From NCBI GenBank assembly GCA_051362555.1, contig CM120642.1, forward strand, positions 20,398,001-20,462,000: DNA of 64,000 bases, in the 5' to 3' direction. Made by a program: the position numbers and the translations under genes. Below, piece after piece: positions 1 through 13,916 of the stretch. This DNA is from Lingula anatina (lineage: Eukaryota; Animalia; Brachiopoda). The notes below the pieces were generated by a model. That model was not told the DNA's origin. It was given only the letters and a program-made list of their open reading frames with translations, and made no database searches. Position 1 is the stretch's first letter. Every line of letters begins with the position of its first letter.

Positions 1-2150
1 TTCAGCATATATGCAGCACCGATAACACGATAAGTGGAAAACCATTTTACCTTTTGGCTTGAAACTTACAGAACTGATAAATATTCATAATACGCAGGTC
101 AAGTTCGAAAATCAGCACGATCGGGTCACTTATAGGGAATTTATGCTGTTTTTTCACTTTTTTCAGTATATATGCAACACTGATAACACAATATAAGAAA
201 AACAGATTGGCCAATTGTCATTATACTCACAGGAGTGGTCAATCTTACTAAAACGCAGGTTGAGTTTGAAAATCAGCATAATCAGTCCATTATTTTAGAA
301 GTTATGCTGTTTTTTCACATTTCCTCACATTCAATTCTTAGGCATGTTAACAGTCTCATTATTGAACTAATAAGATACGTAAAAGTGTTTGTTTGACATT
401 TCCTGCATCTTTACAACATTGTTAGTTGATTTTGTAAAAATGATGGTAAACTTGTTATCATGTATTGTGTAATAAAGTGTCAAAAATGGAAATAAACTCA
501 TATCATTGCAGTTTGTCAGATGCATTCATCCACTATGTTCAGAATCTCAGAATGGAGGAAGTTGGGCATTTAAAACTGTTCTATTGATACTTTTCCCATC
601 AATTTCTCATCAATTTTCTTCATTGGTCATATAAAAATGGCAGTAAACTGTTTATTTTGTTTTATGTTTAAAAAGTGTTAAAAATGGAAATAAACCCATT
701 TCAGAACAGTGCTGTATTGTTTACATTTTGGCATTTTCAATATGTGACTTTGAAGTTCCATGGGCCTGAAGGCTTTTGCTAGTCACATTTTCTGAATAAC
801 CATGATACTAATATTTTATAATTAAAAATTGATGGTCATTATGCTGTAAAACATTATGTAATATTGCATGAAAATTTGAAGAAACCCCTATTTTGGGCAC
901 TGCTCTGATGATGACCATTTAACAAAAATCATGTCAATTACTGTTCTCAAACTTACAGGAAAGAAACATGGGTCTAAAATACAGCTTCAGTATGCAATGC
1001 AGTCTGTTTGGTAAATTTTTCTGGCAATTAAACAGTTTTTTGTGAAAATTTAATTTTTCACATATTGGCATTTCCAAGGTGCGACTTAGAACCTCCACGG
1101 GCTTGAAGACCCGTGCTAGTCACATTTTGTGAAAATCCATGACACTTATATTTTATTATTAAAAATCGATGGTCATTATGCTGTTAAGCATTATGTAATG
1201 TTGCATCAAAATAGAAGAAAACACAATTTTTGGTGCTGCTGCCTTGATGACCATTATGGAAAAACCGTGTTACTTATGACTGTCAAACTTTCAAAAAAGA
1301 AACACAGGACTAAAATGCAGCCTGAGTTAGAAAAGCAGTCTAATTGGCTTCTTTTTCTGGAAGTTATACATTTTAGTGTTATATTCATTATCTTTTTTGG
1401 CATATTCATTGTGGGACTCGGAGCTCCCATGGACATGAAGCCAAATGGTAATCATATTTTCTACATGTCCATCCTATTTATAGTCAATAAACAAAAATTG
1501 GTGATAATTATTCTCTAATTTATTATGTATTGTTACATCAAAATTGACAATCTTTTTGCACTGCTACTGCAAACATTATGAAAAGAAAACTGTGCTACTT
1601 ATTATAATTTTAAATTTACAAGTACGATTTTTAGGATTGGCCTTCAGCTCATGAGAAAACCAGCTCTATTGGATTATCATGTTTATTGTATTTATGCATT
1701 TTTTGTGAAATTTTCATTTTTCTCATTCTGGCACTTTCTAAGTATAAACTTGAACTCTGATGGGCCTGAAGCCTTATGCTTTTACTTTCGTCTGTGTTAC
1801 CTGTTGTGCATAAGTTGATGTTGACTGTGCAGTTAAACATAATGTATTATTGCATCAGGATTGGTAGTCTCCTATTTTGGGCATTATGGTTTTGTGCTTT
1901 TCTTAAGGTGTGACTTATGGGCCTGAAGACCTTTGAGTGGGTCAGTCTGTAAATTACCCTTGGGTATCACTAGATTAATTTCAGAGTTATAAAGTCATTT
2001 GCTTTAATAGGCCATTAAATGAGATTACGTAAAGCACACTTGTTGATATTTCCCTGTAAACTCCCAAAGGTAAAGCTCTCTGCTAGATTAATAATAAGGA
2101 AGCAGTGATAATTATGCAGGTAAATTTTGTTTAATATTGCAAATAAGTTT

Positions 2151-2151
<1 letters not shown>

Positions 2152-2215
<64 letters not shown>
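2152..2215. repeat. (TA)n microsatellite (also at about 6676-6736, 23588-23638, 30079-30126)
   Basis: Direct inspection. Confidence 0.95.
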
Positions 2216-2217
<2 letters not shown>

Positions 2218-2263
2218 AACTGGAAGATTAAAAGTTTGAATAGCAGCTTCATTGGAATTATAT

Positions 2264-2499
2264 TTTACCTCAAGCTCTGCCAAGGAGGTTATATTTTCAC
2301 CCCTGTTTGTCTGTCATCCACATAACACAAAAAGTTATGGACTGATTTTGCAGAAATTTTCAGGAACTGTCGGAAGTGGGCCAAAGAGGACAATGATTAA
2401 TTTTTGGTGGTGGTCCGGATCAATAATCAATCAATTATCACTAATAATCAACAATTGCTGCCTTGGCAGAGGTCTGCACTCTCAAAGTGCTTTTCTAGT
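2264..2499 (+). mobile_element. Small Helentron/HINE-type element D inside family C
   Basis: subTIRs ctctgccaagg / ccttggcagag, 3' hairpin gcactctcaaagtgc, ttttCTAGt end. Other copies at 5447-5682 and 23686-23870. Confidence 0.75.
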
Positions 2500-5400
2500 T
2501 TTGTTGTTTTCCTTTATAATTTTTTCTCAAACACTTGCATTTGTGACTTTTAGCCCCAGGCAGGCTGTCATCTGCCTGGGGCTCTGCACATTTTCTGTAT
2601 TTCTACATAAGCAGTTATATTGTTTTTTATGTCTTTAAACATTATGTAATATTATTTTATGCACTGTCATCATTTTTCAAATATTGAGACTTTCATAATG
2701 TGAATTTGAACTCTCATGGTCCTAAAACTGTAATCTTATTGAAGGGGTGGATTGGGACCATCTTCTGGGTCTTCCGGAAGACAGTCAGGTTATTAGTTTA
2801 TATTGACTGGTATCTATTTTTTTCTGTTGGAACACCATCAAAATGGAGGATGGATCAACATAGATACTTTGTAATACTGTCAGAAAATATCTCTGGGTCC
2901 GCTCCTGTTATTGACCATGTTACCTGTTGTGCAAGATTAAAATTCAGTGTTGACTGACAGTGCTATTATAAGCATTATTTATTATTGCATCAAAATTGAC
3001 AAAATGACCTTTTTTGCATCTTTATTTTCTGTTTTCTGTCTGTACATTTGACAGCTTTGCTGCCTTGTTTCACTTTTTTCAGCATATATGCAGCACCGAT
3101 AACATGATAAGTGGAAAACCATTTTACTTTTTGGCTTGAAACTTACAGAACTGATGAATATACTTAATACGCAGGTCAAGTTCGAAAATCAGCGTGATTG
3201 GGTCATTTTTAGTGAATTTAGGCTATTTTTTCTATTTTTTCAGCATATATGCAGCACCGATAACACGATAAGTGGAAAACCATTTTACCTTTTGGCTTGA
3301 AACTTACAGAACTGATAAATATTCATAATACGCAGGTCAAGTTCGAAAATCAGCACGATCGGGTCACTTATAGGGAATTTATGCTGTTTTTTCACTTTTT
3401 TCAGTATATATGCAACACTGATAACACAATATAAGAAAAACAGATTGGCCAATTGTCATTATACTCACAGGAGTGGTCAATCTTACTAAAACGCAGGTTG
3501 AGTTTGAAAATCAGCATAATCAGTCCATTATTTTAGAAGTTATGCTGTTTTTTCACATTTCCTCACATTCAATTCTTAGGCATGTTAACAGTCTCATTAT
3601 TGAACTAATAAGATACGTAAAAGTGTTTGTTTGACATTTCCTGCATCTTTACAACATTGTTAGTTGATTTTGTAAAAATGATGGTAAACTTGTTATCATG
3701 TATTGTGTAATAAAGTGTCAAAAATGGAAATAAACTCATTACAGTTTGTCAGATGCATTCATCCACTATGTTCAGAATCTCAGAATGGAGGAAGTTGGAC
3801 ATTTAACACTGTTCTGTTGATACTTTTCCCATCTCATCAATTTTCTTCATTGGTCATATAAAAATGGCAGTAAACTGTTTATTTTGTTTTATGTTAAAAA
3901 AGTGTTAAAAATGGAAATAAACCCATTTCAGAACAGTGCTGTCTTGTTTACATTTTGGCATTTTCAATATGTGACTTTGAAGTTCCATGGGCCTGAAGAC
4001 TTTTGCTAGTTACATTTTCTGAATAACCATGATACTAATATTTTATAATTAAAAATTGATGGTCATTATGCTGCAAAACATTATGTAATATTGCATCAAA
4101 ATTTGAAGAAACCCCTATTTTGGGCAGTGCTTCCATGATGACCATTTAAGGAAAATCATGTCACTTACTGTTCTCAAACTTACAGGAAAGAAACATGGGA
4201 CTAAAATACAGCTTCAGTAGGCAATGCAGTCTGTTTGGTAAATTTTTCTGGCAATTAAACAGTTTTTTTGTGAAAATTTAATTTTTCACATATTGGCATT
4301 TCCAAGGTGTGACTTAGAACCTCCACGGGCTTGAAGACCCATGCTAGTCACATTTTGTGAAAATCCATGACACTTATATTTTATTATTAAAAATCGATGG
4401 TCATTATGCTGTTAAGCATTATGTAATGTTGCATCAAAATAGAAGAAAACACAATTTTTGGTGCTGCTGCCTTGATGACCATTATGGGAAAACCGTGTTA
4501 CTTATGACTGTCAAACTTTCAAAAAAGAAACACAGGACTAAAATGCAGCCTGAGTTAGAAAAGCAGTCTAATTGGCTTCTTTTTCTGGAAGTTATACATT
4601 TTAGTGTAATATTCATTATCTTTTTGGCATATTCATTGTGGGACTCGGAGCTCCCATGGACATGAAGCCAAATGGTAATCATATTTTCTACATGTCCATC
4701 CTATTTATAGTCAATAAACAAAAATTGGTGATAATTATTCTCTAATTTATTATGTAATGTTACATCAAAATTGACAACAATCTCTTTGCACTGCTACTGC
4801 AAACATTATGAAAAGAAAACTGTGCTACTTATTATAATTTTAAACTTACAAGTACGATTTTTAGGATTGGCCTTCAGCTCATGAGAAAACCAGCTCTATT
4901 GGATTATCATGTTTATTGTATTTATGCATTTTTTGTGAAATTTTCATTTTTCTCATTCTGGCACTTTCTAAGTATAAACTTGAACTCCGATGGGCCTGGA
5001 GCCTTATGCATTTACTTTTGTCTGTGTTACCTGTTGTGCATAAGTTGATGTTGACTGTGCAGTTAAACATAATGTATTATTGCATCAGGATTGGTAGTCT
5101 CCTATTTTGGGCATTATGGTTTTGTGCTTTTCTTAAGGTGTGACTTATGGGCCTGAAGACCTTTGAGTGGGTCAGTCTGTAAATTACCCTTGGGTATCAC
5201 TAGATTAATTTCAGAGTTATAAAGTCATTTGCTTTAATAGGCCATTAAATGAGATTACGTAAAGCACACTTGTTGATATTTCCCTGTAAACTCCCAAAGG
5301 TAAAGCTCTCTGCTAGATTAATAATAAGGAAGCAGTGATAATTATGCAGGTAAATTTTGTTTAATATTGCAAATAAGTTATATATATATATATATATATC

Positions 5401-6672
5401 AAACTGGAAGATTAAAAGTTTGAATAGCATCTTCATTGGAATTATATTTACCTCAAGCTCTGCCAAGGGGTTTATATTTTCACCCCTGTTTGTCTGTCAT
5501 CCACATAACACAAAAAGTTATGGACCAATTTTGCAGAAATTTTCAGGAACTGTCGGAAGTGGGCCAAAGAGGACAATGATTAATTTTTGGTGGTGGTCCA
5601 GATCAATAATCAATCAATTATCACTAATAATCAACAATTGCTGCCTTGGCAGAGGTCTGCAATCTCAAAGTGCTTTTCTAGTTTTGTTGTTTTCCTTTAT
5701 AATTTTTTCTCAAACACTTGCATTTGTGACTTTTAACTCTCATCTGCCTGGGGCTCTGCACATTTTCTGTATTTCTACATAAGCAGTTGTATTGTTTTTT
5801 ATGTCTTTAAACATTATGTAATATTATTTTATGCACTGTCATCATTTTTCAAATATTGAGACTTTCATAATGTGAATTTGAACTCTCATGGTCCTGAAAC
5901 TGTAAGTTTATTGAAGGGGTGGATAGAGACCATCTTCTGGGTCTTCCGGAAGACAGTCAGGTTATTAAGTTTATATTGACTGGTATCTTTTTTTTCTGTT
6001 GGAAGACCATCAAAATGGAGGATGGATCAACATAGATACTTTGTAATACTGTCAGAAAATATCTCTGGGTCTGCTCCTGTTATTGACCATGTTACCCGTT
6101 GTGCAAGATTAAAATTCAGTGTTGACTGACAGTGCTATTATAAGCATTTATTATTGCATCAAAATTGACAAAATGACCTTTTTTGCATCTTTATTTTCTG
6201 TTTTTTGTCTGTACATTTGACAGCTTTGCTGCCTTGTTCTCATTCTGGCACTTTCAAAGTATAAACTTGAACTCTGATGGGCGTGAAGCCTTATGCTTTT
6301 ACTTTCATCGGTGTTACCTGTTGTGCATAATTAAAATTTGATATTGACTGTGCAGTTAAACATAATGTATTATTGCATCAGAATTGGTAGTCTCCTATTT
6401 TGTACATTATTGTTTTGTGCTTTTCTTAAGATGTGACTTATGGGCCTGAAAGACCTTTGAGAGGGTCAATCTGTAAATTTCCCTTGGGTATCACTAGGCT
6501 AAGTGCAGAGTTATAAAGTCATTTGCCTAATTAATAGGCCATTAAATGAGATTACATAAAGCACACTTGTTGATATTTCCTTGTAAACTCCCAAATGTTA
6601 AGCTCTCTGCTAGATTAATAATAAGGAAGCAGTGATAATTAAGCAGGTAAATTTTGTTTAATATTGCAAATA

Positions 6673-6736
<64 letters not shown>

Positions 6737-6739
<3 letters not shown>

Positions 6740-9700
6740 TCATAAGATTATGTATGTGTGCATTTATTCCATCTAACGTAAGAAGATTAGATACAATTAT
6801 AACGTCAGAAAATACAATAGAGGGAGTGTGATAATGATAGGGTCGCTAAACGAATTTGACGGAATATAGTGACTAGCCTAATCCTCTTGTCGCCTGGTTA
6901 GGCACACGCCCTTAGAGTACTTATGTAAACAAAAGGTCTTCCATAGAGAACTATCCTTTTGTTCAACAGCTTCGCGCGTGCAGCGGATTATGTATATAGT
7001 GACGCTATACAGCTAACTGCAGTTAAATCTGTAAAAGCTGTTATTTAATTTATTCTGATGTGTCGGACGTTGTGGGCCAGCCCAGTGGTTCAATCACTCA
7101 TTCTTTTCTGAAGATTGGTGATGCATATTTTGAATGCTTAATTATTTGCCCTCCTTCTTACAAGAGAAAGGAAAAGGGGAGAGAAACAGAGACAGTGTCA
7201 AATAAAAGGGGTAAAGAGTAATATAATACATTAATTAAAGGGACTCGCGGTGCGAGAAACGATAGACTGTTTTGCATCAAGGTATGCAATTATAATCCCA
7301 CATGGCCATCGCATATACGGCCGTAGTTTAAATACATTACTCATAGTTGTATTAAATTACATTATTTTGCTGAATAGACATACATTTTAAAGTTGGTCTT
7401 TCAGGAAATCGTTTTGTTTGAAATAACACAAACGACAGAGGTGAAATCACATATAAATTTATTTTGAAATAAAATGTTTCGCTAGATCTTGTTTACACTC
7501 AGCGAAATGCACATAGTGATTATATTCAATGTGTCATCATTTAATTGCATTCTCGGTTTAATTAATTAACGATAATAATTGCAGTAAGCAGGAAGGAGGA
7601 AATGCTGAAGACAAAACAATGCCGTGGGTATGTGTGACTTTCTCCCTTAACATATTCTATGATGCTGTCATAGAAAAAGGAACCGAGATAGCGATCATTT
7701 AAACCGCTGCTGTTTACAGGTGGACTTCTTCGTTTATCATTTAAATGCCCCCTCCCCCAGCAGACCCAACTTGAGGAATGCCATTGTAGCTACAGTACAC
7801 TGTATATCAAACTCCGGTCCAAGTTATGAACTTTTTTAAATATCGATTACAACATGCTGTACAATGACTGAGTCGTGAAAGGGGTATTGGACTTCTTTAC
7901 GTTAAAAACAAATTCATTTCGAAATCAAAAGAGCATTTTTTTGGGGGGAGGGGGGGCGTGGGGGGAGGTAAATAGTAACTCATTCCGTAATCCTTCTTGC
8001 ACATTTATTTAATCGTATCAAAACGTTTGATACACAATGTTCACTAGTGTCATGATTTTGGCGATTTATTAAAACCATATTTGTACAAAATAGGTTAGCA
8101 TAAGTTAGGCAAAAACCAGTGTGAAGAACAACTCCCTTTTTAAGTGAGGCAAGACAACCTATTCAAACTGATTATAACCTTGATAAAGACACAAGGCAAA
8201 GGAGTTATGTAAACTAGCGTGTGAAAACACATTCTTTGTCACTGTTACAAGACAATGGAGGCGACCAAGTGGAGTAATTACAATATACCCTTGTACAGTC
8301 AAAGAGAAATTAGTTATGCCAGCTTACTTCGGGTCAGCCCTTAATTTGCTTGTTCGAAAGAAAGAGATAGATGTCGCAATGCGAATCCTTTTATTAACCC
8401 TTCATGTGTTTGTGTAAAAGTGTGAAAGACAGGCAACGATCTCGAGTCGCTGTTGATATTGTTCGCAATTAATATTGGAGTATACCGCCTACATGTAAAC
8501 ATCAGACAAGGCGTTGAGATCGATAAAAGTGGAGGTTTATCTGAAAAATTAGATGTCATTTTTGTGAAATGACTTATTAAATGATGTGCATGTACCTAAC
8601 ATGTTTAAATTCTTGATTCTTATTATTTGAAACATCTTCATACACGGCCTCATATTTATATTTCTCTCAGGCCATACTCATTTGCTTGTATAACATGGGA
8701 CTCTAAAGCACAGGGCATTGTGAAAGTTAATTGGCTACAGAGACTTGTTATCCTTCATGTATTTATAGCGTGGATGAACTAGAAACATGCTTTACTTAGC
8801 TTTACTTAATTTGACTTGATGTTAACCTAACACTGGTTTTAAAAGAAGAAATATAAATATGTTCGATGGATTAAATCAGCGACACCGTTCTATTTTAACT
8901 TGGTCAAATACACAGTAACACAGATAATATTTATAAGTTGTCTGTCGTTCAGCACGCATTATAGGCTAGTAGCCAAACAGTGACGATGATCAATCCAAGT
9001 AAAATTTAGGCATGTATTGTTTACAAAATAGATCATGATGAATAAACCTACGCTTTAATAAACAATCACCACACGGTTCTGTTTTTGTCACTTAAAAGCT
9101 TTCGTTTAAAGACGCTCAATGATTTCAAAAATGATTCGACGCTGCAAAAATTGACCGGTTCAAGGGGCATTTTTTGTTTCAGCTAGGGGGATTTCAGGAA
9201 GAGGATTCAGTGTAGGTGTTTCCTCGGATGATAGCAGCATCACACCCTAGGTCTAAGCCAGTTGACTAGAAGCTTTTTGTCCAACCATCCTATTCCTACT
9301 ACTAAACTTATAACTCTAAACCACAAAGGTTTATGCGGTAAAAATATTTAAACTAAATGAGGTGCATTGACAGAGGCACAAGTACAATCCAACGCCAACG
9401 TGCAACAGGGGAAAGTCTGTCAGTGTATTACATAATATATGAAAGTGCGGTCAATATTAACAGTGTAAGACATCAGTTAAAGAGGAGGGGGTCTTACTAT
9501 CTTTTGTTAAACGCGACTGTTATTATCTCTCGAACAAGCTTAAACCATGCCTTATACAATTACTGTGTCTCCGGCTGTCGTGCAGAAACGGCATGTCGAA
9601 CATATTTGCTACAGTTACAAACAGGGCAAACTAGCGACTTGTTCTAGATCGCTCTAGTAAGAAAGCATAAGTGCGGCGCCCGGGCAAAACAATCAACTAC

Positions 9701-11091
9701 CCGGTATAACATTCACATCTTAGCGTTTACATATGACGCGCAATGAGCTAAGCAATTAGCCTTAACAAAGTGGTCCGTTTTAAAACAACAACGAGAAAAA
9801 AGAACGCCTTGTCATAGTTATGAGACAAATCGCTTGCAACGTGCAACAAGGGGGATGGCTGACAGTGTGGTCACACTACATGTTTATGTACGTAGAATTA
9901 ACAGTCTTAATCATCACCATCGACATCGCCCAAAGAGGAAGGACTTACTATAGCCCTCAATCTATTGTTAATCGCGATCATTATCTGTTCTCATGCAACC
10001 TTAAACAAAACCTAAACAATAAGATTGTTAAATCAGATAAATGATGTAAAATCATATTGGAAATTTACGTTAACGACGGAGACTTTCATTCGCAAAGTTA
10101 ATGAAACAAGACTGGTCCAAGTTAACTGCCCATATTGAATAAATCTTAGGCTGATAAACCTAAAGCCCTGCTTTACTTTGGTAATAGTTAATTAGTAAGC
10201 TAGGTTTATTCACATCACTTATGCTGCAAACAATCCATTTTGAACGCAATCGTCATCGCTCAAGAACAACCTGAAATCATGCCTATACAATATTAGGAGA
10301 TGCACGTCGAGTAAAAGATTCAACACCTGGGTGCCCAGCACTATTATGAAAAGGAAAAAAGACTTGATGTTTCATGCACAATCATCATCGAAAGCCTAAT
10401 ATCATTATGCTTCGTGCGCAGTCGATTTTTATCAGAATAAAAAGTGTGTTTTATACAAGCAAAATCTAGCTTTCCTTTATAACTGTTACTGAACAGCGAA
10501 GAGTTACATACACCCGGTTATAAATTTACAAATGTAATTATGAGGCTAATTTCTCTAATGTGGAATGAAATATTTTGTTGGCTTTGAAATGATAGGACAC
10601 TCACTTTAATCTTAAAAGAAATTAGTTTATATGCTCGTTCCCCTAACGCGCGTGCAAAAAAGTCCCATCAAATAAACAGATACATATCTGTCTATACTGG
10701 CAACTAGTGAAAATCTATCTGTGGCCCTGATAATGGGTAGACTTCACAGCGATTTATTCATTTAATTATTAAATCAAAATTTATTTATGAAATTATTTAA
10801 AATTATTTATCTTTTATTTAATGATTTATACCATCTTATTTCTATCTATCTTTTTTATTTGATTCTTAATGTCATCTTATTATTTACTTTATTCTTTAAA
10901 TAATTTATTTATTTATCAAGCCCGTAGCCAGCAATTTCAAAGGGGGGGGGGGGGGGATCCTTTTCTGACAAAGTGGACCTTTTACCGGAAAATCCCCATG
11001 TAATTATGTCAAATTTTACCCAGAGTGGACCTTTTTTCAGCAAAAGGGGGGTCTTTCGAACCTCCCGAACTCCCCCTGGCTGCGGGCCTGT

Positions 11092-11134
<43 letters not shown>

Positions 11135-11886
11135 TTAAGACTTTCTATTATTATCCTTTTACGGATTCGCTCTATTATTTTATATAAAATGTAACTTAAT
11201 GTAGTAATTGAGGCAACACGTCAGCTTGTAATGTGAAAAAATTGTTTTAATAATGTTTCTTTCTTTGTTATTTCTAAACAGTTATCATTTTTACACAGGT
11301 AGCGATGATGGAAATTTGTGTACGGAGCATCTTTAAACTTTTTGAGACGGGGTGATTTGTTGATCATGCTGATGTACGTTGCTGATACATGTATATCAAA
11401 TTCAATTTTTGACCACAGAACACTTCATATTGAATAAAATAACTGATACTAAATCAAACTAGCAGTTTTCTTGCAACACTTAATTAAAACATGATCTGCT
11501 GCGCGTGCCAAGCTAGTGAAGAAAAGGATAGGTGGCCACGGGAGTGGCACGCGTTAGCATGGGTTCTAGCATCTTAAAGCTATAATCCTATCGCCGCAAC
11601 AAACAATAGGCACCTTCTGGCTGATGTATCCTGCTGTTAATTACACCTGGTCACAGCGGATTGTCGCGCTCGCGCTGGACCACAGAAACGGGCGTCATGG
11701 GGTTCACTCGCCTAAGGTATTGTGTGTTATTACGTCTAAACTATTGTGTTTTGGCGTTCGAATTTTGAAGGGATTAGACGGCTCTCCATTGTTTGTCCGC
11801 CCCCTTCTATTCATAGGATAGGGATTAAAACGTTTCTGACGTTTTTAAAACGTCGTACAACGGAAACTTAATTTTTATTACTACTG
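6737..11886. mobile_element. Old 5.15-kb TIR-type element inserted in a (TA)n tract
   Basis: TA|CAGT...ACTG|TA ends, degenerate long inverted repeats (6951-6993 vs 11489-11531 match 35/43), no transposase ORF seen. Confidence 0.55.
10917..11090. mobile_element. MITE (hAT-like CA(A/G)G termini)
   Basis: TIR caagcccgtagccag / ctggctgcgggcctg within a (TTTA)n tract. Confidence 0.6.
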
Positions 11887-11902
11887 TATATATATATATA
11901 CC

Positions 11903-11936
<34 letters not shown>

Positions 11937-11938
<2 letters not shown>

Positions 11939-12269
11939 TTAAATTCCTATTTCTATTTTTCTATTTTAAAGAAATTAAAGAATTTCTATAGAATACTATA
12001 AGATTGTGCATTATAAACAATAAAAAGCATTTTTGCTTTAATAGTGATATATAATTGACAATTCAACTGATGAAATTGACCGATATCAAATATCTATTGT
12101 TTAGAATGATATTTGTTTATAAGATAATGATATTTGTTTATAAGATTTATCTCAAGATTTTAACTTACAACAATTTCCTATAGGATCCTATAGGAAATCC
12201 TATAGGAAATGTGCCCTATAGGATCCTATTAGATTTCCTGTAGGATCCTATAGGAAATTTTTGTAAGGG
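11937..12269. repeat. MITE-like fragment with cctatagga sub-repeats
   Basis: Clustered palindromic tcctatagga motifs at 12176-12260, ending tttttgtaaggg. Confidence 0.45.
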
Positions 12270-12270
12270 A

Positions 12271-13352
12271 AATACAGGTCAATTCGAAAATTTGCTTGAT
12301 TGTACCATTTTTATGTACAGACACAGATGTATCTGTACATATAGCCGTCACCTGCGTCTGTCGTCGCCGTTGCCGTTGGCGTGCACTTTTACCGTAAACA
12401 TGATAAGTGGAAAACGGTTTTACGTTTTGACTTGAAACTTACAGAACTGATGAATATTCATAATATTCAGGTCAAGTTCGAAAATCAGCATGATCGGGCC
12501 ATTTTTAGGGAAGTTATGCTGTTTTTTCACTTTTTTCAGCATATTTGCAACACCGTAAACACAATAAGTGGAAAACCGTTTTACCTTTTGGTTTGAAACT
12601 TACAGAACTGATGAATTTGTATAATACACAGGTCAAGTTCGAAAATCAGCATGATCGGGTCATTTTTAGGGAAGTTTTGCTTTTTTTTTCACTTTTTTCA
12701 GCATATATGCAACACCGTAAACACAATAAGTGGAAAACGGTTTTACCTTTTGGTTTGAAACTTACAGAACTGATGAATATTTATAATACGCAGGTCAAGT
12801 TCGAAAATCAGCATGATTGGGTCATTTTTAGGGAAGTTATGCTTTTTTTTCACATTTTCTCTGATTCAATTCATAGGCATGTCAATAGTCTCATTATTGA
12901 ACTAATAAGATATGTGAAAGTGTTTTTTTGACATTTCCTGCATCTTTACAACATTGTTAGTTGATTATGTAAAAATGATGGTAAACTTGTTATCGTGTAT
13001 TAGTGTAATGAAGTGTCAAAAATGGAAATAAACACATATCATTGCAGTTTGTCAGATTCAATCATCCACTATGTTCAGAATCTCAGAATGGAGGAAATTG
13101 GACTTTTAATACTGTTCTATTGATATTTTTCCCATCTCATCAATTTTCTTAGTTGGTCATGTAAAAATGGGACCTTGTTAGTTAAATTTTTTCGCATATT
13201 TTGAGAACTCTTGTTGATTGCATTTTATTGAGCTTGTCAAGCACAAGACTGGTAGTGGTGTCCCTTTTTGGGAGGGGTTTCCATACGAATGCACTTACTC
13301 CAGCTGGTGGCACAATATCTAGAGGTGGTATTGCCTCTCTGATCCTCTAGTT
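12271..13352 (+). mobile_element. 3' tail of a family A/B Helentron-like element containing a truncated family-C insertion (about 12310-13178)
   Basis: Flanks match 29160-29395 and end in a hairpin plus CTAGtt at 13347-13352. The C 5' end atgtacagacacagatgtatctgtacat and three 161-bp monomers lie inside. Confidence 0.7.
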
Positions 13353-13607
13353 ATCGTCATCATCATCATCATCATCATCATTATTATTATTATTATTATT
13401 ATTTATTTATTTTCTTGTTGTTGTTGTTGTTGTTGTTGGCAAAAGTAACTTAATTGGTTGCCAAATTAATCTTTTTTTTTTAAGAAATGAAACTTATTTT
13501 GAAGCATTTCACCCATCAGCTGACAACAGTTGTCCTAGACAGCCTTAGTTTGTTACAAGATTAAAACAAAGACTTACCAAAACATTTATCATGATATGGT
13601 TATTATT

Positions 13608-13679
13608 GTGTGTGTGTTTGCATGTGTGAGTGTGTGTGTGTGTACATGTGTGTGTGTATGTGTGTGTGTGTGTGTGTGT
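13608..13679. repeat. (GT)n microsatellite
   Basis: Direct inspection. Confidence 0.9.
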
Positions 13680-13729
13680 ATTTAAGGTACCTTGAATAAC
13701 ACCTCACTGACATTTTTTCACGTCTCCAG

Positions 13730-13916
13730 CCATAATGCCGCCAGACAGCAAGAGTAACCTGGACATGCAGCTGGAGAATTCTATCAGGAAGTTACGTGAC
13801 ATGAGAAAGAACAACTCCACAGATATTTTGGTATCCTACTGTGCAGCTAACCTGACTGAGAATGCCGCAGATCCCATTAAAGTGGTTCAAGATATCAACA
13901 ACATGGGCTACACCTG
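13730..13916 (+). CDS. TIR gene exon (TIR1 N-terminal part: IMPPDSK...DILVSYC...NMGYT)
   Basis: Acceptor ctccag at 13729, donor tg|gtacat. Probably an internal exon, although ATG 13735 cannot be excluded as the start. Confidence 0.85.

Larger units (their letters stand above)
1..6736 (+). mobile_element. Three nested copies of Helentron-like non-autonomous element family C (3' portions)
   Basis: About 3.23-kb near-identical segments. The family-C 3' end (gtctgtacatttgacagctttgctgccttgtt) occurs at about 3070 and 6238, each followed by resumption of an internal part of another C copy. Confidence 0.75.

Noticed and set aside
1129-5782. Duplicated 100-140 aa ORFs as genes
   Set aside because: They lie in element C, copies differ by frameshifts, and no protein motifs are recognisable.
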